From NCBI RefSeq assembly GCF_044324785.1, contig NZ_CP172127.1: DNA of 64,000 nt; one strand, written 5' to 3'. Origin of the DNA: Escherichia coli (GTDB taxonomy: Bacteria; Pseudomonadota; Gammaproteobacteria; Enterobacterales; Enterobacteriaceae). This document shows positions 20,283-29,764 of the stretch, piece by piece. The notes below the pieces were generated by a model, which saw only the letters and a program-made list of their open reading frames with translations, was not told where the DNA came from and made no database searches. Each line of letters begins with the position of its first letter. Position 1 is the stretch's first letter. The position numbers were made by a program, and so were the translations under genes.

Positions 20283-22411
20283 AATGGCCGATTGCGCTTC
20301 GCGTGATTGCTCTTAAGCCACCATTTAATGGTGTCCCGATCAATGACTCCGCCAGCAGTTTCCAGATCGATAGTCTTACTAAATTCCGGTCCCATATCTC
20401 CGGTTTGCGGATCGAAAAATATTGCACCTATTGAGATGATCGGGGCATCAGGATTTTTTCCCATGGTTTCAAGGTCGATCATTAGATGGTCACACGTCCT
20501 GCTGGTGGATGTGATTTCGTGATGACCGTTCACCTTAATTGAGTGATCTGCCGTCTCGCCAGTTTCATTATCGCTATCGTGATGCTGATTGCCGCCAGCG
20601 TTCTCCTTGTGTGGATGTTCAGCGCCTTCCATTTCCTCCGGATCATCTTCCTGAACTTCAACCTGATACTCTTCATCGAATGTTTCTTGGTATGTTGCGT
20701 CGCCCATCACCGCGCCACAATCAGGGCAGTTGCCGCCGCCGGTCTGACCGCAAGCGGTGCAGACTTTTTCCACTTCCTGTTGCGCCACTGATTCAGGCTG
20801 TTTCGTTTCTGGCTCGTTTTGTAACGCATTTGGGCTGTTTTGTTCCGCTTTTTGGTAGTTCCGTTCCGATTCATGCTGGTTCTGGTTCACAGAATCGCGG
20901 GTCTGGATCCCCTTAACCCATTTCGGATCATTCGGGTCACTAATCCCTTCAACAAATTCACCACGTGATGCAGCAAGCAACTTATCGGCGTCAGGCTGGC
21001 TGATATTGGCTGCCTGCATAATTTTGTTTACTTCGTCAGCGGTAACTTTTATCGGCTCTGGTTGTTCTGAATCTTCAGCGGTATCTACATTTTGCGGTAA
21101 GCCCGTGTATGTGCCATTTTTTCGGGCAAAATATTCTTCTTTTGTGATTTCAGTGGCGCCAGCAGCCAGTGCCTTATCCAGACCAGAAAGTTTGTTTGCG
21201 CGACCGTATTTTTCTCCGTCCTTATCTGCGAAGAGGAAATAGAACGGCCCCTCACGCTCTACAGATGGTTCAGCTTCCGGTGCGGTTTCATTTTTTGGGA
21301 TATCAGATACCTCAGTTTCCACTGCATCAGTTTGTGTTTCTGATGACTTGAGAACATCAACAGTGCCCAGGTCTGTTTCTTCATTCTCAAACACGCCCTT
21401 TGTCGTCAGGTATTCGCAGATATATTTGTTCAGTGCTACGGGATCTTTGTGAATGTCGATCGGACGCTCACGGACAAGGCCAAAAATAGTTTGGCGGTCG
21501 TAGCGAAGGGCATCAGGCTGTTTGCGTATTGATGCCGAGATACGCTTCCAGTCTTCGCGGTCGTTGTCGATAACTTCATTTTTTGCCCAGCGATGGATGC
21601 TGCCGTCAATGTTTCCGGCATCCACATCACCAGGCCAGAGAGCGTAGGCCAGTTCGTCATCCAGTGTTTTCCATGTCTGCTTGTATTCGCGATGAATGGC
21701 AGCAATGACCGGGCTGATTTTTCCTGTTGAATTTTCAGTGTACTGTTGATTGGCTCTGGCGCGGGCGAGATCAACAACAGACGTGTATTTTCCGGTTTCC
21801 TTGCGTTCACCTTCGCGACGTTTTTTCCAGATGCGCATCTCTGCCTGAATTTCGGGCCATTTAGCACCAGGAATACATTTATGCTTAACCCACCCAATGG
21901 CGTGCAACTTAAGCTCCGGATACATGGCGTTAACTTCTGGCATTTTCATCAACGCTTCAACGATATGTCCGTTGAATGTTGCCATGTCTTCCTGCAACAA
22001 TTCCTGTGCGCTAATAACCATATCAACGGTGATGTTTTCACATGTGTCGAACTTAACCATGACAGCGTTCTGTACTTCAGGGGCCAGCTTGTCAAAAGTG
22101 ACGTTCATCGGATCGGATTCAGTCTCAACCGGGACAAAAGAAGCAGACTCCTCATCCCAGCGGTTTTCCTGCATATATTCAGCATCCCATGAATCGAGGG
22201 CAGGGCGGGGTATACCAGGTTTATCCTCGCAGACAATAAATTTATAAGCGCAGTCCTGAGCAGCCGGATAATGTTCCAGGAATTGCCAGTGAAATTTTGC
22301 TCGAGCACGGCGTTCGTCGCCAGCTTCAATGGCTGTGGCTACAGCCACAGCGCCTTCTTCCCTTGTTGCCAGTTCGTCAGGAATAGCGGCGCAAATAAAG
22401 ACTTTACTCAT
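20279..22411 (-). CDS. prophage exonuclease, N-terminal 710 aa (RecE/exodeoxyribonuclease VIII position) ending in an Exo I motif
   Basis: 710-aa ORF with acidic low-complexity middle, Cys4 zinc-ribbon (CTACGQTGGGNCPDCG) and C-terminal MIDLETMG motif. Confidence 0.7.
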   Translation of the reverse strand: MSKVFICAAIPDELATREEGAVAVATAIEAGDERRARAKFHWQFLEHYPAAQDCAYKFIVCEDKPGIPRPALDSWDAEYMQENRWDEESASFVPVETESDPMNVTFDKLAPEVQNAVMVKFDTCENITVDMVISAQELLQEDMATFNGHIVEALMKMPEVNAMYPELKLHAIGWVKHKCIPGAKWPEIQAEMRIWKKRREGERKETGKYTSVVDLARARANQQYTENSTGKISPVIAAIHREYKQTWKTLDDELAYALWPGDVDAGNIDGSIHRWAKNEVIDNDREDWKRISASIRKQPDALRYDRQTIFGLVRERPIDIHKDPVALNKYICEYLTTKGVFENEETDLGTVDVLKSSETQTDAVETEVSDIPKNETAPEAEPSVEREGPFYFLFADKDGEKYGRANKLSGLDKALAAGATEITKEEYFARKNGTYTGLPQNVDTAEDSEQPEPIKVTADEVNKIMQAANISQPDADKLLAASRGEFVEGISDPNDPKWVKGIQTRDSVNQNQHESERNYQKAEQNSPNALQNEPETKQPESVAQQEVEKVCTACGQTGGGNCPDCGAVMGDATYQETFDEEYQVEVQEDDPEEMEGAEHPHKENAGGNQHHDSDNETGETADHSIKVNGHHEITSTSRTCDHLMIDLETMGKNPDAPIISIGAIFFDPQTGDMGPEFSKTIDLETAGGVIDRDTIKWWLKSNHAKRNRPL

Positions 22412-22534
22412 TTTGTTTTAACCTCATGACAGATTTAAGGATGAACAAATCCCTGCCATTGCTGGCATATAAGAATGAAACCGGATATTTATTACGGAAC
22501 TGTTTTAAAGACCTGCCGGGATTTCGATATTATC

Positions 22535-22705
22535 CTAGTGAATAACTTTATCGACCGGGTAACAGTTACCGGGAATTTTCTGTTCGGTTGCTGCAGTCAT
22601 ACACTCCTGCATTGTCCTGTGAACACTGACTGCAATATCAACTGGCACTCCGGAAACAAGAAAAACTGTCAGAACAAGCGCAAATGCTGAATTCATTGTG
22701 CACAT
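22535..22705 (-). CDS. ydfD: small secreted/membrane protein at the YdfD (Qin lysis-protein) position
   Basis: Signal-like MNSAFALVLTVFLVSG directly downstream of dicB; start choice uncertain. Confidence 0.55.
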   Translation of the reverse strand: MCTMNSAFALVLTVFLVSGVPVDIAVSVHRTMQECMTAATEQKIPGNCYPVDKVIH

Positions 22706-22881
22706 CCTTTTGGCATCAGACGTAAACGAGCCAGCATTGAAACAATGCATATTTTATTTAATAGCTCCCGTTCTTGTTTTCTCTTGTTAATGGCATCTTC
22801 AGTAAATACAGGGTTACTGATAGTGACACCAATTTCAAAACAACCTTCAGACGTATTAACGTTTGGTAATAACGTTTTCAT
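22693..22881 (-). CDS. dicB: cell division inhibitor DicB
   Basis: 62 aa MKTLLPNVNTSEGCFEIGVTISNPVF... matches recalled DicB; internal start of the 97-aa ORF. Confidence 0.9.
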   Translation of the reverse strand: MKTLLPNVNTSEGCFEIGVTISNPVFTEDAINKRKQERELLNKICIVSMLARLRLMPKGCAQ

Positions 22882-23055
22882 TATCGCGCCCTCAACAATG
22901 AGTTTTGTGATGCGGTGCCTGGTGCCTCCAGGTGACGTTAACCAGTTAACAATTAACGCCGGATACAGAGAATCCACCCATAACACTGTTTTTGGTTTTA
23001 ACTGTTCCGCGTGCGCTCAGCCGCATTCACCACATCACAAAATTCACTTTAAAAA

Positions 23056-23108
23056 GGGCGGCAGAGCAGTCACGGAGTAAAACTGATACCGCCAAACGTC
23101 ACCAGAAA
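23056..23108 (-). ncRNA. dicF: DicF small regulatory RNA
   Basis: Minus strand reads TTTCTGGTGACGTTTGGCGGTATCAGTTTTACTCCGTGACTGCTCTGCCGCCC followed by a T-run, matching recalled DicF; lies between ydfC and dicB as in K-12. Confidence 0.85.
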
Positions 23109-23448
23109 ATTGATAACAGAGGGCGTTGCAGCGGGGTTGTCACTTAAGCGTATGGTCAACCTGACAACCCGGTGTCCTCAACGGGGAAGGAATAACCCCG
23201 CCATACTTACCGCCGCGCCATTTCGCGGGTTGCCACAACCGGAAGCGCACGGTCGACGAAAATTTAACGACAGGCTATCTATGAACCAGCTACCTCGCCG
23301 TGCGCTTTCGCGTTATGGTCTGACTTTTCAGGGAAATATCCTTTCAGTAAACTGTCAGTGCCGGATGCTCACCCGTGTCCGGCGCACGCACTCCACCTCA
23401 CCCGTGGAGAACTCCTTAATTACCAACCTTAGCTTCGTTGGTTAGCTA

Positions 23449-23667
23449 TTAACGCGGGTATGTAATCATTCTGGCAATGCTTAATGCCGCTGCTTTTTCC
23501 AGATTGGTGATATCCTGCTCCAGAGAGAACAGATTTTCAGCCTGCTTAGCCCTGGCTTCATTAGCCCATTTCAGATCCTGCGCTGCATTAATTTTCTGGT
23601 GCATCCACTCATAAAGTTCATCATCGGTATAGTCTGGCGCGATGATAACGGGTTCTCGTTTCTGCAT
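23449..23667 (-). CDS. ydfC: Qin-type protein YdfC
   Basis: 72-aa ORF in the conserved dicB operon position. Confidence 0.8.
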   Translation of the reverse strand: MQKREPVIIAPDYTDDELYEWMHQKINAAQDLKWANEARAKQAENLFSLEQDITNLEKAAALSIARMITYPR

Positions 23668-23696
23668 ACTGATTCCTTGCGGTGCTGTTTCGCTTA

Positions 23697-23825
23697 TCAG
23701 CCGTTAGATTTTGCCGAACTGGAAAGCGCCTGTTTAAATTCGCTGAAGCTGAGAGCTTCTTCGCCTTCGGCAAGGCCTTCGAAGTATTCTTCGTAAGCCT
23801 TTTCCATGATTGTGTCGAAATCCAT
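23697..23825 (-). CDS. ydfB: Qin-type small protein YdfB
   Basis: Manual translation MDFDTIMEKAYEEYFEGLAEGEEALSFSEFKQALSSSAKSNG, 42 aa, below the ORF-track length cutoff. Confidence 0.75.
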   Translation of the reverse strand: MDFDTIMEKAYEEYFEGLAEGEEALSFSEFKQALSSSAKSNG

Positions 23826-23826
23826 A

Positions 23827-23982
23827 TCACCCACCTGAATTTCTTTCCAGCCAGCGACGCGCTCCAGATTCGGTTTTAAACGTTTTGCTTTTGGTATACG
23901 TCATTGCGGTGAACGTGCCGTCCTGGTTTGGAAACACGCCGTACACCAGAGATTCGTTGTTGCCAAGATCGATAGTATCCAT
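23827..23982 (-). CDS. ydfA: Qin-type small protein YdfA
   Basis: 51 aa from MDTIDLGNNESLVYGVF, first gene of the dicB operon. Confidence 0.8.
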   Translation of the reverse strand: MDTIDLGNNESLVYGVFPNQDGTFTAMTYTKSKTFKTESGARRWLERNSGG

Positions 23983-24095
23983 GCTGACCTCATTTCCCCT
24001 TAACGCCGGGGTAGCGGAACTGTTTGCTGAGAACACCGTGCGGTGTCTTGATGGAAAATAATTTAGAATAACCTAACATGAGAGGCAAGTGTTTT

Positions 24096-24113
24096 TGTTA
24101 GATTGATCTAACA
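24096..24113. promoter_or_regulatory. 18-bp palindromic operator (TGTTAGA-N4-TCTAACA) in the dicB-operon promoter region
   Basis: Perfect palindrome tgttagattgatctaaca between dicA and ydfA; same half-sites as the site at 24607-24624. Confidence 0.5.
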
Positions 24114-24149
24114 AAAAGGGTGGGCGCAACTAATCACTTGAAAAGAATG

Positions 24150-24557
24150 TTATTTTATTGATTTATTTTTACGCGCTTTAAGCATTTCTTCGAAGAGTTT
24201 GTTGAAGTTTTCTACTCTTGCGCGCATTTCAGACAGCAAGGCTTCCTGCTCGGAAGATGGAAGAGCATCGAATAATTCGATCAATTCTTTGTGGTTGGGA
24301 GTTAGCTCTGTTTCCACATGAAGTTCTTGTGCAGGCACTGGTGCCTTGTCTTCGTCACCAAACATTAGCCATGTAGGTGAGCACTTCAGAGCATCCGCTA
24401 AAGCAAACAATCGTTTTCCGACTGGCTGGGTTTCGTCTCTTTCCCATTGTGAAATTGTGACGTGAGCAACTCCAGCGAGGCGCGCGGCTTCTCGTTGTGT
24501 TAAGCGTAATTCTTTTCGTCGCGCCAGAACTCGCTGGCCCAGGGTTCTTGTATCCAT
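24150..24557 (-). CDS. dicA: Cro/C1-type HTH repressor, DicA-like
   Basis: 135 aa with N-terminal HTH (LRLTQREAARLAGVAHVTISQWE); divergent from dicC. Confidence 0.8.
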   Translation of the reverse strand: MDTRTLGQRVLARRKELRLTQREAARLAGVAHVTISQWERDETQPVGKRLFALADALKCSPTWLMFGDEDKAPVPAQELHVETELTPNHKELIELFDALPSSEQEALLSEMRARVENFNKLFEEMLKARKNKSIK

Positions 24558-24606
24558 AGTTAGGTAATTCTAATTTTTCTTGACTTAGGTATCCCGCGCA
24601 CAATAA

Positions 24607-24624
24607 TGTTAGAAAAGTCTAACA
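24607..24624. promoter_or_regulatory. 18-bp palindromic operator in the dicA-dicC divergent promoter region
   Basis: tgttagaaaagtctaaca just upstream of the dicC start, with a TTGACT -35-like hexamer at 24580-24585. Confidence 0.5.
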
Positions 24625-24634
24625 AGAGGGGGAT

Positions 24635-24865
24635 TTGATGCTTAAAGTTGACGCAATTACTTTTTTTGGCAGCAAAACAAAGCTTGCCAATGCCGCAGGA
24701 GTGAGGCTGGCAAGTGTTGCTGCTTGGGGGATACTGGTTCCTGAAGGTCGCGCGATGCGTCTACAGGAGGCATCTGGCGGGGAGCTTCAGTATGATCCCA
24801 AAGTTTATGATGAATATCGTAAGACGAAGCGGGCGGGGCGGTTGAACAATGAAAATCACTCCTGA
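24635..24865 (+). CDS. dicC: Cro-like regulator DicC
   Basis: 76 aa; C-terminal RAMRLQEASGGELQYDPKVYDEYRKTKRAG matches recalled DicC. Confidence 0.8.
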   Translation: MMLKVDAITFFGSKTKLANAAGVRLASVAAWGILVPEGRAMRLQEASGGELQYDPKVYDEYRKTKRAGRLNNENHS

Positions 24866-25370
24866 ACAGGCTCGTGAGGCTCTGGATGCCTGGATATGTC
24901 GACCAGGAATGACACAGGAGCAGGCGACGATATTAATCACTGAAGCATTCTGGGCTTTGAAAGAGCGCCCGAACATCGATGTTCAGCGTGTCACAGATGA
25001 AGGTGGCGCGGTTGATCAGCGAGCGCTTGGTGTTAATCGAGTGAAGATATTCGAACGCTGGAAGGCTATCGACACCAGGGATAAGCGTGAAAAGTTCACG
25101 GCGCTAGTGCCTGCGATTATGGAGGCTATCCGGATTAGTGATTTCAGGTTGTATCGTGAAATTACTGACGGAAAAAGCATCACGTGCATGATCGCCGGGT
25201 TAAACAAAGAATATGGCGATGTGGTGGAGTCCGGACTGCTTTTTGCTGATCCTGCCGTAGTGGATCGTGAAACTGACGAACTTATAGAAAAAGCAATTGC
25301 TTTCAAGCTTGCGTATCGACAGCAATACCAACAAAAAGCTGGATGGAATTATGAGCCTTCTTTTTGCTGA
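24849..25370 (+). CDS. hypothetical phage early protein (cII/YdaT position)
   Basis: 173-aa ORF overlapping the dicC stop; function not recognisable from sequence. Confidence 0.45.
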   Translation: MKITPEQAREALDAWICRPGMTQEQATILITEAFWALKERPNIDVQRVTDEGGAVDQRALGVNRVKIFERWKAIDTRDKREKFTALVPAIMEAIRISDFRLYREITDGKSITCMIAGLNKEYGDVVESGLLFADPAVVDRETDELIEKAIAFKLAYRQQYQQKAGWNYEPSFC

Positions 25371-26316
25371 ACGCCCACTGGTTATAAACACGCAGCTGGC
25401 AATGAAAATTGGCTTAAACGAAGCCATTGTTTTGCAACAACTGCACTACTGGTTGAGAGATACCAACTCCGGCATGGAATGTGATGGTGTTCGCTGGATT
25501 TATAACACAACGGAACAATGGCTGGAACAGTTCCCATTCTGGTCAGAGTCAACGTTAAAGCGCGCGTTTGCAAGTCTGAAAACGCTGGGGCTTTTGCGTT
25601 GTGAAAAGCTCAATAAATCAAAGCGCGATATGACCAATTTCTACACGATCAACTATGGGAGCGAGCTTTTAGATGGTGGCAAATTGAGCGAATCCATCGG
25701 TTCAAAATGCGCCGCTCCATCAGGTCAAAATGACACGATGGAAGAGGTCAAAATGAAACGCTCCATTGATTCAAAACGACCCAATGTCATCGGGTCAAAA
25801 TGGCCTGATGATCTTACAGAGAATACAACAGAGATTACTACAGAGAATAAAAACACTTTTCGTCCGGAAGCTTCGCAACCGGACCCGCAGACGACTGAAC
25901 AGGATTTTTTAACCCGGAACTCCGACGCGGTTGTGTTTAGTGCGAAAAAACGCCAGTGGGGTAGCAGGGAGGATTTGGCGTGTGCGCAGTGGATCTGGGG
26001 GCGGATCGTGGGTCTCTACGAACAGGCAGCCAGTGATGATGGCGAGATCATGCGACCAAAAGAGCCTAACTGGACTGCCTGGGCCAATGACGTGCGCACA
26101 ATGCGGATGCTGGATGGCAGAAGCCACAGACAAATTTGCGAAATGTTTGGTCGGGTTCAGCGAGATCCATTCTGGGTAAAAAACATCATGAGCCCGTCAA
26201 AGCTCCGCGAAAAATGGGACGAACTGGTCATCCGCCTGGGACGTTCACCTGTACAGCGTTGTGTTAATCATATTTCTGAACCGGATACAGAAATTCCGCC
26301 TGGTTTCAGAGGATAA
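25297..26316 (+). CDS. phage replication initiation/organizer protein (O-like)
   Basis: N-terminal winged-helix replisome-organizer-like region, acidic linker, conserved C-terminal domain; true start probably MSLLFAERP at 25351. Confidence 0.6.
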   Translation: MLSSLRIDSNTNKKLDGIMSLLFAERPLVINTQLAMKIGLNEAIVLQQLHYWLRDTNSGMECDGVRWIYNTTEQWLEQFPFWSESTLKRAFASLKTLGLLRCEKLNKSKRDMTNFYTINYGSELLDGGKLSESIGSKCAAPSGQNDTMEEVKMKRSIDSKRPNVIGSKWPDDLTENTTEITTENKNTFRPEASQPDPQTTEQDFLTRNSDAVVFSAKKRQWGSREDLACAQWIWGRIVGLYEQAASDDGEIMRPKEPNWTAWANDVRTMRMLDGRSHRQICEMFGRVQRDPFWVKNIMSPSKLREKWDELVIRLGRSPVQRCVNHISEPDTEIPPGFRG

Positions 26317-26356
26317 GTGTTGATTTCAGGTCATGAGGTAATTTTAAGGGGGACTT

Positions 26357-26779
26357 GTGGCAAAAGTTTTTACACAAGAAGAGCGGGAAAAAATTAAATG
26401 GCAGGTGGTGGAACTCGTGCGCCAGAGCGGCCGTGAGACGTTACGGCAACTGGAAGCTAAAACAGGTGCGACTAGATATCTGATGAGCGTTCTTGCCAGA
26501 GAGCTGGTAGCCAGTGGCGATGTATACAACTCCGGCTACGGGTTATTCCCCTCTGAACAGGCGCGTAAGGACTGGCAAAACGCCCGCAAAAAACTCTCGA
26601 GGGCAAAGGTGAAGAAACCTGCTGTGGTTGATCCGGACCTTATCTGGTCATCACCTGACGGAGAAATACGTCGCTACGACAGTCGCCTAAACATAATCTG
26701 TCGCGAGTGCCGGAAGAGCGAAGTTATGCAGCGCATACTGGCTTTCTATCAGGGTAATTTTCAGGACGTGGCGCAGTGA
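26357..26779 (+). CDS. hypothetical phage protein
   Basis: 140-aa ORF with good coding character, no recognisable motif. Confidence 0.45.
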   Translation: MAKVFTQEEREKIKWQVVELVRQSGRETLRQLEAKTGATRYLMSVLARELVASGDVYNSGYGLFPSEQARKDWQNARKKLSRAKVKKPAVVDPDLIWSSPDGEIRRYDSRLNIICRECRKSEVMQRILAFYQGNFQDVAQ

Positions 26780-27210
26780 GTGCACCGGCAACCATTCTTG
26801 ATATGTGCTGTGGCAGCCGCATGTTCTGGTTCGATAAGTCTGACGAACGGGCGATATTTAGCGATATCAGAAAAGAAGGATACACATTACGCAATGGGAG
26901 ACGCTTGATTATCAGCCCTGACATTATCGCAGATTTTCGTGCATTATCATTTGCAGACGCATCTTTTTCGATGGTTGTATTAGACCCTCCGCATCTTGAG
27001 CGTGTTGGTGATAACGCCTGGATGGGAAAGAAATATGGACGGCTGAATAAAGATGCCTGGCGTGATGATTTGCGACAGAGATTTAAAGAAGCTTTTCGGG
27101 TGTTGAGGCCGCACGGCGTTCTGATTTTTTAATGGAATGAAACGCAAATACCGGTAAGCCAGATTCTGGCACTGACAGATAGAAAGCCTGTTATCTGTCA
27201 ACGAACAGGG
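26776..27210 (+). pseudogene. truncated phage DNA methyltransferase (amino-MTase with DPPH motif)
   Basis: VLDPPHL catalytic motif; stop inside a T-run at 27130-27132, similarity continues about 26 codons in-frame after it. Confidence 0.6.
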
Positions 27211-27554
27211 AAAAAACGATAAAACCCACTGGATTATTTTTATGAAAGAGGCATCCAGTGAGTAGATTCGTAAGGTTACAGATACGTATATCTGAATAAT
27301 TAAATTCAGTTCTGTAAATAAAACTTAATCCTTAACCGGATGGATTTCTGCACCCTCAGAACATCAGGAGGCCGCCCGAAAGGGCGGTAGTGAAATGCGA
27401 AAGTTCAAAATTATTATTGAAACGGGAATAGCTGGTGGAGATTTTGAGGATGTATTCGAAGTGGACGATGACGCAACACCTGATGAAATTCATGACGGAG
27501 CATAAGAAATTTTCTTTAACTACTGCAATTACTCATACCACGAAATAAAAGACG

Positions 27555-28030
27555 ATGAGGAAGAACAAAGTGGCTGATTTTTGTTCAGCTAAATATAACA
27601 TCAGTTTTGAAGAGCGGGATGAACTATTAATGGACTATGGTGAGTTACGCGGTGGAAGTGCTGCTGATGTCGAATCCTAGCGTGATGACTATGAAGCGGG
27701 AAAAACTCCGGTCGAAGCATATTGTGAGGAGTGGGGCGATGAATGAGCGAGATTAATTATCAGGAAGGGCATGAAACGGCGGGGCAAGCAAAACCAGTGA
27801 CATGGCGATATCGCTACGTGAAAAAAGGCGTTACGGACTTTCAGGGGAAGTAGTGGTCTGGTGACTGGAAATATGTACCGAAAAAAGAGGATTGTAACGA
27901 CAGGCCGAACTATCAAATTCAGGCCTTATTCACTGCCTCACCAGTCCCGGTTACATCAGAAGAATTGGTTAAAGCTGTGCACTTTTATGAACAACTAAAA
28001 CGCGAAAATCCACCAACATCCGGCAACTAG
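27555..28030 (+). pseudogene. two translationally coupled small ORFs, each interrupted by one in-frame TAG
   Basis: Frame-0 ORF 27555-27746 has TAG at 27678; overlapping frame-2 ORF 27743-28030 (MSEINYQEGHE...) has TAG at 27851. Confidence 0.35.
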
Positions 28031-28284
28031 ATTAATGGGTTAACTATGTCGGTTAAACGACCAGCCAACTGAAAAAGCGGAAACCTGATTACAGGTTGCC
28101 AGATAAGGCAATGAGCTACCTGGCGCGGAACGGACTGATAAGTATGGGGAATGTTTTACGATGAACCTTTAGACTAAAGAGTTTGTAACGCTATGTAAGT
28201 GATTTTTTCTGGTTTAGATATTTATATGTCCGGCCAAATTGAGGTGTGTTTAAATGTAATTGCACATTGATTGTAGGAGGAATA

Positions 28285-28464
28285 ATGAAAAACGCATTGC
28301 AGTTTTTGTTTGTTGCGTTCTGGTTGTTCGCATCATGTATGCCCATCATCTTCACAGCAAGGTATATGGAAAAAGTTGATGTTTTGATATTAATATTTGG
28401 ATATATAAATGCCCTTTTTTTAGGGGTGTTCATGGCGGTCATGTGCATTGAATACTGGCGGTAA
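28285..28464 (+). CDS. small two-helix membrane protein, unknown function
   Basis: 59 aa from MKNALQFLFVAFWLFASCMPIIF, preceded by AGGAGG Shine-Dalgarno. Confidence 0.45.
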   Translation: MKNALQFLFVAFWLFASCMPIIFTARYMEKVDVLILIFGYINALFLGVFMAVMCIEYWR

Positions 28465-29755
28465 ATACAGCGAACTCCATTGGTTTAGTTGGATATTTAC
28501 TGTGCTGGACAAAAACGGTTTGCGGGGAAATCTTAGTTAAGTAGAATGACTGCGGGTGCTTGAGGCTATCTGCCTCGGGCACGAACACCAACGGCAGGTA
28601 GAGAAAAGCCCCAGTTAACATTACGCGTCCTGCAAGACGCTTAACATTAATCTGAGGCCAATTTCATGCCAGACACATGTAGGTTAGCCTCTTACGTGCC
28701 GAAAGGCAAGGAGAAGCAGGCTATTGTTAACACCAAGCTGTAATGTCCCCTTTGAACCATTCTAAAATGTCCCCAGACAATTCTCTGGGGGATTTTTCAT
28801 GACCAAAGAAACTGTTACGATGAGTCATAAGGAACTCCACCGACTTCAGATTATTCAGGAGTCAATTAATCGACATATTACTCAGGAACAAGCTGCGGCA
28901 CGCATTGGCATTTCTATTCGGCAGGTTAAACGTCTGGTGCAACGGTATAGAAATGAAGGGCCTTCTGGTCTGGTTTCCCACCGACGTGGAAAGCGTCCTA
29001 ATAATTCCTTTTCTACTGAATTCAGAGCAACAGTAATTTTACTCCTCAAAGGCCGTTACGCTGATTTTGGACCTACGTTTGCGTGCGAAAAATTGCGCGA
29101 GATACACGGTTTATCTTTATCCGTTGAAACTCTCAGAAAGTGGATGATAGAAGAGGGGGGTATGGCGTGAACGCCGTCGTAAAATTGCCCGTATATATCA
29201 ACGCCGCATGCGACGACCATCTTACGGTGAACTGATCCAGATTGATGGCTCACCTCATGACTGGTTTGAAAATCGAGGCCCCAGATGTACACTGATCGTT
29301 TTCATTGATGATGCCACCAGTGCGTTGATGGCGTTGCGTTTTGTGCCTGCTGAAACAACCCGGGCTTACATGGAAACCCTCCGGGGTTACCTTAATGATC
29401 ATGGCGTACCGCTCGCTCTCTACTCTGATAGACACAGTATATTCAGGGTAAATAACCCAGAGCGGGAAGGTGAGCTGACCCAGTTCACTCGTGCGATAAA
29501 GACACTGGGCATCGAGCCAATCCATGCCAACAGCCCGCAGGCAAAAGGGCGGGTAGAGCGCGCCAATCAGACACTACAGGACAGGCTGGTCAAAGAAATG
29601 CGGCTTCAGAATATCAGTGATATTGAAACAGCAAATGCATGGTTGCCGACCTTTATTGAAGCCTATAACAACCGGTTCGCTACGTCGCCTCGTACTACTG
29701 ATAATGCTCATCTTGATGTGCACCATTCTGAAGAGGAACTGGGTTATATCTTCAG

Positions 29756-29764
29756 CCTACAGGC
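29756..29764. repeat. 9-bp target site duplication (CCTACAGGC), left copy
   Basis: Identical 9-mer immediately flanks both ends of the IS. Confidence 0.8.

Noticed and set aside
22552-22572. Near-palindrome ccgggtaacagttaccggg at the 3-prime end of the ydfD ORF
   Set aside because: Imperfect and inside coding sequence; cannot be distinguished from chance without binding data
28480-28800. Possible tRNA or integration-site remnant upstream of the transposase
   Set aside because: No cloverleaf-compatible sequence or conserved T-loop (GTTCRANYC) found by eye; probably the left end of the IS-like element
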